Source: an uncultured Chloroflexia bacterium (GTDB lineage Bacteria > Chloroflexota > UBA6077 > CF-72). Taken from it: DNA of 64,000 nt. The translations under genes and the position numbers were made by a program. Where the stretch lies: NCBI GenBank assembly GCA_963776625.1, contig CAVZNP010000004.1:311288-375287 (forward strand). Direction: 5' to 3'. The first letter of the stretch is position 1; every line of letters begins with the position of its first letter. Under the pieces are notes generated by a model. That model ran no database searches. It was given only the letters and a program-made list of their open reading frames with translations, and was not told the origin of the DNA. This document shows positions 26,133-35,854 of the stretch, piece by piece.

Positions 26133-27853
26133 ATGGCCATGCACGAACAACGGGCCGCCCGTGTCCTGCAATTGCCCACCGTAACGGACGTGGTCACCGA
26201 CGACCTCGACCAGCTACTGGAAGTCCTGCCGCCGCACATTTGCGATCCACTGCAGGCGCTCGAAGATCGCCGCGAACTGCTCGAGAGTGGTCATGGACCT
26301 GGGGCGTGAGCCCGAGGCGCGCTTGCCCCGCGCGAGGTGCTGCTGTTGACGCAATCGGTCCCGCTGGGAGGAGACATCGACTACGTGGTGGAGCGGGTCG
26401 GCGCGTTCGGCGACGACAACCGCGCCGGCATCGAGCGGCACCCTGCATCGCATTCAGCGCCATCCGCAACCGCGCGGCCAGATCGTCGGCTTGACCTGCC
26501 GCGTCGGCCGCGCCGTGCTGCGGCACCGTCGCCATCATCCGCGACGTCGTCGAATCCGGTCGCAGCGATCCTGATCCTGGGTCGGCCAGGCGTCGGCAAG
26601 ACGACTCTCCTGCGCGAGGCCGCCCGCGTGCTGGCCGATGAGCTGGGCAAGCGGGTGGTGGTCGTCGATACCAGCAATGAGATCGCCGGCGATGGCGATG
26701 TCCCGCATCCCGGCATCGGGCGGGCGCGGCGCATGCAGGTGGCGCAACGCCGCCCAGCAGCATGCGGTGATGATCGAGGCGGTCGAAAACCACATGCCCG
26801 AGGTCATCGTCATCGACGAGATCGGCACCGAGCTGGAGGCGGCCGCCGCGCGCACCATCGCCGAGCGCGGCGTGCAGCTGGTGGGCACCGCCCACGGCAG
26901 CACGCTGGAGAACCTGATGATGAACCCGACGCTGTCCGATCTGGTCGGCGGCATTCAGACCGTCACCTTGAGCGACGAGGAGGCGCGCCGCCGCGGCACG
27001 CAGAAGACCGTCCTCGAGCGCAAGGCGCCGCCGACCTTCGACGTCGTCGTCGAGATCCAGAACTGGAGCCATGTCGCCGTCCACGAAAACGTGGCCGAGG
27101 TCATCGACGCCATCTTGCGCGGCCAGCCGGTCGTTCCCACCGTGCGTCGCCGCGGTCAGGACGGCGAAGTGCTGATCGAAGAACCGCTCATCGCTCGTGG
27201 TCGCACGCCGGCGCTGCCCGACATTGACCGCCCGACGTTCAGTCCGCTGACGCGCAGCCGAGTGCGCGCGAGCACGGCCAACCTCGCCGAGGAGCTCTAT
27301 CCGGCCATCGAGGAGCGCCGCGCCACGCCGCTGATCGATCGACGCCCGCCACCTGATGTCGCGAGCCCTCAGCATCGCAACGGGCGTCAGCCTGTGCGCA
27401 TCTACCCGTTCGGCGTCAATCGCTCGCGGCTCGAAGCCCAGATCCGCAGCCTGGGATTGCCCGGCGTCAGTCGTCGCCGATCAGCGTCAAGCCGACGTCG
27501 TGCTCACGGTGCGCAACTACTACCGTCGCAAGCCGCAGGCGCTGCGTGACGCCGAAGCCAGCGGCGTGCCCGTGCACGTCCTGCGCTCCAACTCGGCGAG
27601 CAACATCGAGCAGGAATTGCTGCACATCTCGCATCTGGACTCCGCACCCGTGCCCGGGGCGGCGCAGAATGCCCTGCGCGAGACAGAAGACGCCATTGCT
27701 CAGGTCCTCGAAACGTCGGCGCCGGTCGAGCTCTCGCCGCAGAGCGCGTACATTCGACGGCTGCAGCACCAGCTTGCCGAGCAGCACAGCCTGTCGTCGC
27801 GCAGCACGGGCAAAGAGCCGTATCGCCGCGTGCGCATCTCTAAAGCCGACTAG
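26133..27853 (+). pseudogene. ycf45/SpoIIIAA-like AAA ATPase with a C-terminal R3H domain, interrupted by about 9 frame changes as written
   Basis: The family sequence can be read continuously only by switching frames: DDLDQLLEVLPPHI..ELLE | VVMDLGREPEARLP | EVLL..DNRAGIER | TLHRI | SAIRNR | GQIVGLTCRVGRAVL | GTVAIIRDVVESGRS | [20 protein letters not shown] | ..[30 protein letters not shown].. | [14 protein letters not shown]3H tail. Confidence 0.85.
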
Positions 27854-27857
27854 CCGC

Positions 27858-28478
27858 GTGTTCATCACGCTTGAAGGTACGGAAGGTTCGGGAAAGTCCG
27901 TCCAGGCACGCATGCTCGCGGCGCGCCTGCGCACCGCGGGCTATGTTGTCCTCGAGACGCGTGAGCCCGGCGGCACGCTCCTGGGCCTCGAGCTGCGCCA
28001 CATCCTCCTGGAGCGCAAAGAGCTCGAGCTGACCCCGCGCACCGAGGCCTTGCTGATGAACGCCTCACGCGCACAATTAGTGGAGAAGGTGATCTGGCCA
28101 GCGATAGAACGGGACGAGATCGTGGTCTGCGATCGATTCGCTGATTCAACACTCGCTTACCAGGGGGCAGGTCGCGGGCTTGGCATGCAGGAGCTGAGGT
28201 CGGTGGTGTCGTTTGCCACTGCCGCGTTGCGACCCGACCTGACACTCCTGCTGGATGTACCGGTCGAGGTTGGATTGACGCGCAAGCACGCGCAGGAGCA
28301 GAGCAACCGCTTCGAAGCCGAGACGCTGGCGTTCCATGCCCGGGTGCAGGCTACCTATCGCGCGTTGGCGGCTGCCGAACCCGAGCGCTGGCGCTGCTTC
28401 GACGGTGTTGCCGGCGTGGATCACCTCGCCGACGAGATCTGGGACGCGGTCGCCGCGCGGATGGGGTTGCAGGCATGA
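27858..28478 (+). CDS. tmk: thymidylate kinase
   Basis: GTG 27858 begins VFITLEGTEGSGKSVQ (P-loop), and the DRFADS motif is present. Confidence 0.9.
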   Translation: MFITLEGTEGSGKSVQARMLAARLRTAGYVVLETREPGGTLLGLELRHILLERKELELTPRTEALLMNASRAQLVEKVIWPAIERDEIVVCDRFADSTLAYQGAGRGLGMQELRSVVSFATAALRPDLTLLLDVPVEVGLTRKHAQEQSNRFEAETLAFHARVQATYRALAAAEPERWRCFDGVAGVDHLADEIWDAVAARMGLQA

Positions 28479-28804
28479 AGATGGTCGTGGCGGTTGTGCA
28501 ATCGGCGGACGCCAGCGGCCTGCTGACACAGCTGTCGAATCGTGGTTTTCGCGCTACCCGCATCAAGACGGCGGGCGGCTTTTTGCGCGAGTCGAATGCC
28601 ACGATCTTCGTCGGCGTGGAAGACGCCGACGTGGAGACGGTGGTTCGGGTCGTCCGCCAGAGCTGCACCACGCGGCAGCAGTCGATCACGGCGATCCCGG
28701 CGGTGATGGAGCCGGGAGAGTTCTTTTTGCCCTATCCCGTCGAGGTAGAAGTAGGCGGCGCGACAATCTTCGTGCTCGACGTCGAACGCTTCGAGCGGGT
28801 GTAA
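28475..28804 (+). CDS. darA: PII-like cyclic-di-AMP receptor (DarA/PstA, YaaQ family)
   Basis: 109-aa ORF: MKMVVAVVQSADASGLL..FRATRIKTAGGFLRESNATIFVGVED..YPVEVEVGGATIFVLDVERFERV. It has an ATGA overlap with tmk, matching the tmk-yaaQ synteny in Bacillus. Confidence 0.8.
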   Translation: MKMVVAVVQSADASGLLTQLSNRGFRATRIKTAGGFLRESNATIFVGVEDADVETVVRVVRQSCTTRQQSITAIPAVMEPGEFFLPYPVEVEVGGATIFVLDVERFERV

Positions 28805-29067
28805 GCCTTTCGAGGAGGCCACCGGCCAGGTTCCCTTCCCCTTTGCGTGACGCTTGAGCAGATCCGCGTCACGGGGCGCGAGCTGACGGCCTCCGCTGGC
28901 GCCTTCTGAGGCGGTTCTTGTCAACACGCGAGCGTAAACACAGGGTGGGCAAGGACACGGGGTGTGGGTGAACCGTCGGTAGTGGCCGCTCTACGCCAGA
29001 AAAGAAGCCCTTTAACCACGGGCCCGGACCGGTTGCGCTACGGTCCTTTGCTAGAGGAGGGCCGCCC

Positions 29068-29802
29068 GTGAAGGATGGACAGCTCCTGGTCCCTGACCGC
29101 GCCACCGTCAGCAGCGGCAGCGCAGTCCTCGCGCTGCTTGCCGGCTTCGTCGCCTCCGTGGCGATGGTCATGGCCTTCGCGGTGGCATTCGTCGCCGCGC
29201 TGATCCTGAGCCAACTGCCTGTCCCTGTCCTGGCCAGCTGGTTCGCGGGTCTGACCCACAACCAGCTCATCGACGCCGCGGCCCCCAACCTGTACGCGGC
29301 CACCGCCGTCTTCTTCGCCGGCGGCCTGTTCTGGGCGCTCGTCTACGCGCTGGTCTTCGAGCCGCGGCTTCACGGTCCGGCGTGGCGCCGCGGCGTGACG
29401 TTCGCGCTCATCCCGTGGCTCGTCTCGCTGGTCGTCTTCATGCCACTCCTGGGTGGCGGCGTGCTGGGGCTGAGCCTCGGCGCGGGCCCGCTGCCGGTGG
29501 TGGGCAACCTGATCCTGCACGCGCTGTACGGCGTAGTCCTGGGCGTGGTGTGGGGCTCGGCAGAATCGTTCGTCGATTACCCGCGCCAGGCGGCATACCC
29601 GGAGGATCTGCGGGTCAGCCGCCTGTCAGAGCTGGGCGCCGCGCGGGGCCTGCTGATTGGCCTGGTGGCGGGCACGCTCGTGGGCATGCTGGTGGCCGCC
29701 GCGGTGCCCGTGGCGTCGCTGAACCCCCTGGCCATGGTCGTGGCCATCGGCCTGACGGGCGCCGCGTTCGGCAGTTTTGTGGGCAGCCTCTCGATGAGCT
29801 GA
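29068..29802 (+). CDS. hypothetical polytopic membrane protein
   Basis: GTG start preceded by GAGGAGGG, and about 6 hydrophobic helices. No family was recognised. Confidence 0.5.
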   Translation: MKDGQLLVPDRATVSSGSAVLALLAGFVASVAMVMAFAVAFVAALILSQLPVPVLASWFAGLTHNQLIDAAAPNLYAATAVFFAGGLFWALVYALVFEPRLHGPAWRRGVTFALIPWLVSLVVFMPLLGGGVLGLSLGAGPLPVVGNLILHALYGVVLGVVWGSAESFVDYPRQAAYPEDLRVSRLSELGAARGLLIGLVAGTLVGMLVAAAVPVASLNPLAMVVAIGLTGAAFGSFVGSLSMS

Positions 29803-29834
29803 AGACGCATACCCACGGAGGAGACCCCTCTGGG

Positions 29835-29894
29835 GAACTGCGTGTTTTCGAAGAGCGTGTTTACGAAGAGCGTGTTTACGAAGAGCGTGTTTAC
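29835..29894. repeat. 15-bp tandem repeat, 3 perfect copies plus 1 degenerate copy, between convergent genes
   Basis: The degenerate copy gaactgcgtgttttc is followed by three perfect copies of gaagagcgtgtttac. The last copy overlaps the stop codon of the minus-strand carboxypeptidase gene. Confidence 0.9.
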
Positions 29895-31060
29895 CAGGTG
29901 AAGCTCTTCCAGACCCAGTCGAGCAGCGCCGTGGAATCACCTGCCAGGTTCTGGCTGCCAAACAGCGACACGTACACCCTGTGCCCGTCACGCGTCGCCG
30001 AGGCCACGATCGTCCGCCCGGCGATATCCGTGTAGCCAATCTTCACCCCGTCGGCGCCGGCGTAGGAGAACAGCAGCGGATTCAGGTTGTGCATGTAGTA
30101 GTCGTCGCCGTTGAACTGCTTCGTCGACGCCAGCGTACGGAACTCACTGTTCTGCATCGCATAGCGCGCCAGGAGCGCCATATCGTAGGCACTCGAGTAG
30201 TGGTCGTCGGCATCCATGCCGCTGGGCGTCACGAAGTGCGTGTCCTTCAAATGCAGCGAGGCGACTTTGTCGTTCATCCACGCCACATACGCATCGCGCG
30301 ACCCGGCGAGTGAATAGGCCACCTGCTCGGCCGCGTCGTTCCCACTCGGCAGCATCATGCCGTACAGCAGCGTTTCGAGCGTAACGTGGTCGTCGGGCTC
30401 GAGGCCCATGATCGAGGAGCCGTCGCAAGCCGCCAGCGCCGAGGAGCTGACCGTAGTGGTGAAGACCTTCTTGATGTCTGGCTCGTGCTCCAGTGCAACA
30501 ATGGTCGTCACGATCTTGGTGATGCTGGCTGGTGCGGCGCGCGCGAACGGATCGACGGAGTACAGCAGCGCCCCCGAGTCCTCGTCGAGCACCGCGATAT
30601 GCGGAGCGGTGACGTGCGGCGGCGGGGCGCTGCCCGTGTGCTGAGGCCCGTCGGCGACCGGCGTCGGCTGTGTCGCGGCGTCAGGTGGGGTGATGCGAAT
30701 CGTCGGCACCAGCGGCGGCAAGGCCACGTGCGCAGGCGGGGCGGCGGTGTCGCAGTAGTGCTGCTGCTCGGCGCGCGAAGGATCCGGCGTCGGCTCGGGC
30801 GTGGGCGTGGGTGGTACCGGAGTTGCTGTCGGCACCAGGGTTGGCGTCAACGTCGGCAACGGCGTAGCGGTCGGTGGTGCCGGCGTCGCGGTCGGCGGCA
30901 GGGTCGGCGGGATGGGTGTCGAGGTCGGCTCGATGGGGATTGCAAGCGCCTGACAGCCCAAAAGCAGGAACAGGCCGGCGCACACGGCGATCAGACGCAC
31001 TGCCACCAGCACGACATTGTGCAAGACCGCGTGCCGGTAGTGCCGTGAAAGTCGAAACAA
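29891..31060 (-). CDS. D-alanyl-D-alanine carboxypeptidase (peptidase S11), probable lipoprotein with a Pro/Thr-rich linker
   Basis: Motifs SITK (SxxK), SGN and KIG, an N-terminal lipobox-like LLLGC, and a long PT-rich linker. Confidence 0.85.
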   Translation of the reverse strand: MFRLSRHYRHAVLHNVVLVAVRLIAVCAGLFLLLGCQALAIPIEPTSTPIPPTLPPTATPAPPTATPLPTLTPTLVPTATPVPPTPTPEPTPDPSRAEQQHYCDTAAPPAHVALPPLVPTIRITPPDAATQPTPVADGPQHTGSAPPPHVTAPHIAVLDEDSGALLYSVDPFARAAPASITKIVTTIVALEHEPDIKKVFTTTVSSSALAACDGSSIMGLEPDDHVTLETLLYGMMLPSGNDAAEQVAYSLAGSRDAYVAWMNDKVASLHLKDTHFVTPSGMDADDHYSSAYDMALLARYAMQNSEFRTLASTKQFNGDDYYMHNLNPLLFSYAGADGVKIGYTDIAGRTIVASATRDGHRVYVSLFGSQNLAGDSTALLDWVWKSFTW

Positions 31061-31080
31061 ACGTGCTACTCTGTAAGCCC

Positions 31081-32772
31081 GTGGATCACACGGGTGCGAC
31101 GCGAGCGACGAAGTACATCTTCGTCTCGGGTGGAGTCGTTTCGTCGGTGGGCAAGGGAATCACCGTCGCGTCGATTGGTCGTCTTTTGAAAGCACGCGGG
31201 GTTTCCGTGTGCATCCTGAAGCTCGACCCGTACATCAACGTCGATCCAGGCACGATGTCGCCGTACCAGCACGGCGAAGTCTTCGTCACCGATGACGGTG
31301 CTGAGACAGACCTGGACCTCGGCCATTACGAACGCTTCATCGACGAAAATCTGACGCGGCTGTCGAACGTCACGACGGGCCAGATCTATTCAGCCGTGAT
31401 CGGCCGCGAGCGGCGCGGGGACTTCCTCGGCGGGACGATTCAGGTCGTGCCCCACGTGACTAACGAGATCAAAGAGCGTATCGAGCGTGTCGCGCGTCAG
31501 ACCAACGCCGAAGTCATCATTGCGGAGGTTGGCGGCACGGTTGGCGACATCGAGTGCCAGCCGTTTCTGGAGGCGCTGCGCCAGATTCACCGCGAGCTCG
31601 AGCGAGATCGAACGCTGTTCGTGCATTTGACGCTGCTCCCCTACGTGGGCGCGACTGGCGAGCTCAAGACGAAGCCGACCCAGCACAGTGTCAAAGAGCT
31701 GCGCTCGATCGGCATCCAGCCAGACGTCATCTGCGCGCGCTCGGACTACCCCGTGCCCGACGACATGCGCGACAAGATCGCCCTGTTCTGCGACGTGGAC
31801 CGACGTGCCGTGGTGCCGCTGGAAACCGCTGACACGATCTACTCCGTGCCGCTGATCCTCGAAGAAGCCGGGCTGGGCGACTTCATCGTCGAGCGCCTCG
31901 GACTCGAGACAGAAGCGGCGGACCTGGACGGTTGGCGCGAGCTCGTGCATCGTTCGCGCACGGTCAAGGACGAGGTCGTGATCGGGGTGGTCGGCAAGTA
32001 CGTCGAGCTTCAGGACGCGTATATCTCCGTGCGCGAGGCGATCCACCACGCGGCGTGGGCGCATCATCGCAAGCCGGTCATTCGCTGGATCGACTCGCAG
32101 CGGCTCGAACAGGCCAACGAGGACTGGGAGCGCATGCTCGAAGGCCTGCACGGCATCATCGTGCCCGGCGGCTTCGGGTATCGCGGCGTCGAAGGCAAGA
32201 TCCGCGCGGCGCAGTTCGCCCGCGAGCGCAAGGTGCCGTACCTGGGCTTGTGCCTGGGCATGCAGGTGATGTGCATTGAGTTTGCGCGCCAGGTTCTGCA
32301 GTCGACGGAGCCGAACTCAACGGAGTTCAACCTGTTCACGCGCTATCCGGTGATCGACCTGCTGCCCGAGCAGCGCGACATCGAGGACAAGGGTGCAACG
32401 ATGCGGCTGGGCGTGTATCCGTGCCAGCTCAAGCCCGGGTCGCTGGCCGCGACGGCGTACGATGAGGCGATCGTCTTCGAGCGGCATCGGCACCGCTATG
32501 AGTTCAACAACAATTTCCGCGACTCGCTCGGCGCCGCGGGCATGGTGTTTTCGGGCACCTCGCCAGATGGACGGCTGGTCGAGATCGCCGAAATGGCGGA
32601 TCACCCGTTCATGCTCGGTTCGCAGTTCCATCCGGAGCTCAAGAGCCGGCCGAACCGCCCGCATCCGCTGTTCCGCGACTTTCTGGGTGCCGCGGCCGAG
32701 CTCGCGGGCGAGCAGCTGCCGCTGGACACGGTCAGTGCACCCGCAGACATGGGCGCCATCGCCGCGGACTGA
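31081..32772 (+). CDS. pyrG: CTP synthase
   Basis: [18 protein letters not shown] at the N-terminus, and a C-terminal GATase domain with GLCLGMQ and HRHRYEFN. The GTG at 31081 avoids overlap with the divergent gene. Confidence 0.95.
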   Translation: MDHTGATRATKYIFVSGGVVSSVGKGITVASIGRLLKARGVSVCILKLDPYINVDPGTMSPYQHGEVFVTDDGAETDLDLGHYERFIDENLTRLSNVTTGQIYSAVIGRERRGDFLGGTIQVVPHVTNEIKERIERVARQTNAEVIIAEVGGTVGDIECQPFLEALRQIHRELERDRTLFVHLTLLPYVGATGELKTKPTQHSVKELRSIGIQPDVICARSDYPVPDDMRDKIALFCDVDRRAVVPLETADTIYSVPLILEEAGLGDFIVERLGLETEAADLDGWRELVHRSRTVKDEVVIGVVGKYVELQDAYISVREAIHHAAWAHHRKPVIRWIDSQRLEQANEDWERMLEGLHGIIVPGGFGYRGVEGKIRAAQFARERKVPYLGLCLGMQVMCIEFARQVLQSTEPNSTEFNLFTRYPVIDLLPEQRDIEDKGATMRLGVYPCQLKPGSLAATAYDEAIVFERHRHRYEFNNNFRDSLGAAGMVFSGTSPDGRLVEIAEMADHPFMLGSQFHPELKSRPNRPHPLFRDFLGAAAELAGEQLPLDTVSAPADMGAIAAD

Positions 32773-32860
32773 AGCTCGCGCCTGAGCCTCAGTCCGCGGT
32801 CAGCACGTTTCCGCACGGCGGCGTACCCACGCCAGGACGCCACTGGGGGATAATCCCTCT

Positions 32861-33787
32861 GTGAGAATCCTCGTGACTGGCGGAGCCGGATTCATTGGCT
32901 CGCACGTCGCCGACGGCTTTCGGGCGCTTGGCCACGAGGTGGCCGTGATCGACGACCTGTCTGCGGGCAATCGCGCCAATCTCGACCCGGCCATCACCCT
33001 CTACCAGCGCGACATTCGTGACGAAGCTCTTGACGAAGTCTTCGCCGACTTTCGACCAGAGGTTGTCGACCACCATGCCGCGCAGTCCAACGTCCCGGCA
33101 TCAGTCCACGACCCGGTGCACGATGCCAGCGTCAACGTCCTGGGCGGCCTGAACCTGTTGCGCCTCGCCGCCAGATACGAGGTCAGGAAGTTCATCTACA
33201 TCTCGTCTGGCGGCGCCATGTACGGCGAGCCGGATCCCAACGACCTGCCCGTCAGAGAAACCGCGCCCGTGCGACCCCTCTCGCCCTATGGCGCGAGCAA
33301 ACAGGCGCTCGAGGCCTGGCTGGGCGTCTACCGGCGCACGTTCAACGTGGACTACACCATCCTGCGCTATGCGAACATCTACGGACCGCGCCAGGGCGTG
33401 CGTGAAGAAGGCGCGGTGGTGGCGGTCTTCGCCACGCGCATGGCCGCCGACCAGCCGGTGACGATCGATGGCACCGGCCAGCAAACGCGCGACTTCGTGT
33501 ACGTCGGCGATTGCGTCACGGCCAACATCGCGGCCCTGGAGCGCGGCTCGGGCCAGGCCTTCAATATCGGCACTGGCCGAGAGACGTCCATTCGCCAGAT
33601 CTACGAAGCTATGGCCGAAGTGGCCGGCTATGGCCAGCCCCCGCAACAGGGTCCGGCGCGCACTGGCGACGTGGTACGCATCGTGCTCGACCCGAGCCTG
33701 GCCCAGCGTGAGTTGGGCTGGCAAGCCGAGATGCCCCTGTTCGACGGCCTGACGAAGACCTATGCCTTTTTCCGTGACCAGTCCTGA
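32861..33787 (+). CDS. NAD-dependent epimerase/dehydratase (UDP-glucose 4-epimerase-like)
   Basis: GGAGFIGSH Rossmann motif and the YGASK catalytic YxxxK motif. Confidence 0.8.
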   Translation: MRILVTGGAGFIGSHVADGFRALGHEVAVIDDLSAGNRANLDPAITLYQRDIRDEALDEVFADFRPEVVDHHAAQSNVPASVHDPVHDASVNVLGGLNLLRLAARYEVRKFIYISSGGAMYGEPDPNDLPVRETAPVRPLSPYGASKQALEAWLGVYRRTFNVDYTILRYANIYGPRQGVREEGAVVAVFATRMAADQPVTIDGTGQQTRDFVYVGDCVTANIAALERGSGQAFNIGTGRETSIRQIYEAMAEVAGYGQPPQQGPARTGDVVRIVLDPSLAQRELGWQAEMPLFDGLTKTYAFFRDQS

Positions 33788-34871
33788 CGGCGCGGCGGAG
33801 TATCAGGTCGCCGCTGATACCCACATCGCCATTCTTGCCGGCGGCGAAGGCACGCGTCTGTGGCCACTGAGTCGCAGCCGGCGTCCCAAGCAACTCCTGC
33901 AGTTGGGCGGCGAGCGCACGCTGATCCAGCGGACGGTCGATCGGCTGCGGCCACTGGTGTCGCCCGAGCGGATCCTGGTCATCACCGAGCGATCGCACGC
34001 GGACGACTTGCACGCGCAGCTGCCTGAGCTACCCGCCTCGAGCATCATCGTCGAGCCGACCCGGCGTGGGACTGCCGCGGCGCTGCTGCTTGCGGCGTTA
34101 CACGTGCGCGACCGAGCGCCGCGCGCGACGTGGGCATCGCTGCACTCGGACGCGTTCATTGCCGACGATGCGGAGTTTCGTCGCACGTTGGCGGCGGCAC
34201 TCGAGGCAGCCGCCTCTGGCGACTATCTGGTGACGACCGGGGTCGAGCCTCGCTTTCCCGCGACGGGCTATGGCTACATTCAGCGCGGCGCCGCTGTCGG
34301 GGCCGTCCAGGGCTTTCCGTTGTTCAAGGTGGTGCGCTTCGTCGAGAAGCCGGACCTGGCGACGGCCGAGGCGTACGTGGCCAGTGGGGAGTACCTCTGG
34401 AATCCCGGTGTCTTCGTCTGGAACAACGCCGCGCTGCTCGACGCATTTGCCACGCACCAGCCGGAGATCTTCTCGGTGTTGAGCTCAGCGCCACTGGCTG
34501 ATGTCGATCGGGTCTACCCCTCGGCGCCGCGTGAGACGATCGACGTGGGCATCATGGAGCGCGCCTCGAACGTGGCCACGCTGCCGGCTCGGATTCGGCT
34601 GGAGTGACATCGGGAGCTGGGCGGAGTTGTGGGAGCTCGCGAGCAGCTCGCCGTCAGACAACGTGCTGCAGGGTGCGGGCGGGTGCTCACCGCCGAGGCC
34701 TCGGGCAACCTGGTGTACGCGGACGGTCGCACCGTGGCGCTGGTCGGCGTCGACGACCTGGTGGTCGTCGAGACCGCCGATGCGGTGTTCGTGTGCCCCC
34801 GCGAGCGGGCGCAGGATGTGAAGATCATCGTCCAACGGTTACAAGAAGAAGGCCGCACAGAGTTACTCTGA
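33762..34871 (+). pseudogene. mannose-1-phosphate guanylyltransferase-like nucleotidyltransferase, two frame changes as written
   Basis: Frame A (ILAGGEGTRLWPLSRSRRPKQ..ERASNVATLPA) stops at 34607. Frame +1 carries GFGWSDIGSWAELWEL..VLQGAGG. The sequence then returns to frame A for VLTAEASGNLVYADG..VVVETADAVFVCPRERAQDVK. The junctions are at about 34590 and 34683. Confidence 0.8.
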
Positions 34872-34882
34872 GGCAAAACTCG

Positions 34883-35849
34883 TTAGGACGCTGCCGGCCG
34901 GAGGCGGAGCTTTCGAAACGGCCACAGCCAGTTCAGCTCGCCGAAGTTCCAGCTCACCAGCAGCATGCTCGCGATGAAAATCGACGAGTACGTCCCGGTC
35001 GTGACCCCAATCAGCAGCGCCAGGACGAACGTCCGGATCGTGTCGCCCCCGAAGAGCATCAGCACCACGAGCGTCAGGATCACCGTCAGCGACGTGTTCA
35101 ACGATCGGGTCAGCGTCTGCGCCAGACTGTGGTTGACCACATCCTCGAAGCGATCGCCCGAGCGGCGAATGAAGTTCTCGCGCACGCGATCGAAGACGAC
35201 GATCGTGTCGTGTACGGAAAAGCCGATAACGGTCAGCACCGCGACGATAAACGTCGATTCGAGCTCGATCTCCGCCGGAAACAGTCGGCCCAGAATTGAG
35301 AACAACGCCGAGCACGATCAGCGCGTCGTGCAGCAGCGCCGCGATAGCCGTCGCGCCAAAGCGAATCGAATGGCTGACCTTGTTGAAGGCCCACCACAGG
35401 TACGCCAGGATGCACACTGACGCCGCGGCCACGGCCAGCACAGCGAGCCGCACGATTTGCTCCGCAACCAGTGGTGAGACCTGATCCAGACTCACAATCT
35501 GCAAGGGCCCGAACTGCTGCGTCAGGCCATCCTCGATCTGCTGCTGCTCCGAACTGGTGACCTCGCCGGTGTCGGTCTGCTGCGGCTGGGCCAGGGCCCG
35601 CGTGCGCACCACGAACGTGTTGTCGCCGGACTGCTGGACGACGGCTTCCGGGTGGCCCAGTTGACCAAAGGCGTCGCGCAGCTGATCCGCGTCAACAGGA
35701 TTCTGGAACTGGATCGTCATGATCGTGCCGCTGGTGAAGTCGATGCCTGGATTCAGGCCACCGGGCAAGATCAGCGAGATGATGCCTGGCACCAGGAAGA
35801 TGGCAGACAGCAGGTAGAAGTATTTGCGGTTCTTGACGAAGTCGAACAT
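34883..35849 (-). pseudogene. secF: protein translocase subunit SecF, one frame change as written
   Basis: The N-terminal part (MFDFVKNRKYFYLLSAIFL..ALLHDALIVLGV) continues in another frame as FSILGRLFPAEIELESTFIVAVLTVIGFSVHDTIVVFDRVRENF. The junction is at about 35303-35308. Confidence 0.85.
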
Positions 35850-35854
35850 CGGCG

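Noticed and set aside
26194-27375. 393-aa minus-strand ORF opposite the ycf45-like gene
   Set aside because: It is a shadow ORF (Arg/Ala/Gly/Asp-rich). The plus strand contains near-complete family sequence once the frame switches are allowed.
28930-29067. ydaO-type c-di-AMP riboswitch upstream of the membrane protein gene
   Set aside because: Only ACGGGG and GGGUGAAC-like fragments are present. I could not find the pseudo-symmetric second half (..CCCG.ACCCGA..AGCUAAC..). It is kept as a low-interest item to test with cmscan.
19627-29894. CRISPR-like interpretation of the two 15-bp repeat arrays (19627-19686 and 29835-29894)
   Set aside because: The units are directly abutting with no spacers and are far shorter than CRISPR repeats. 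One array is in-frame coding sequence. No cas genes are in the window.
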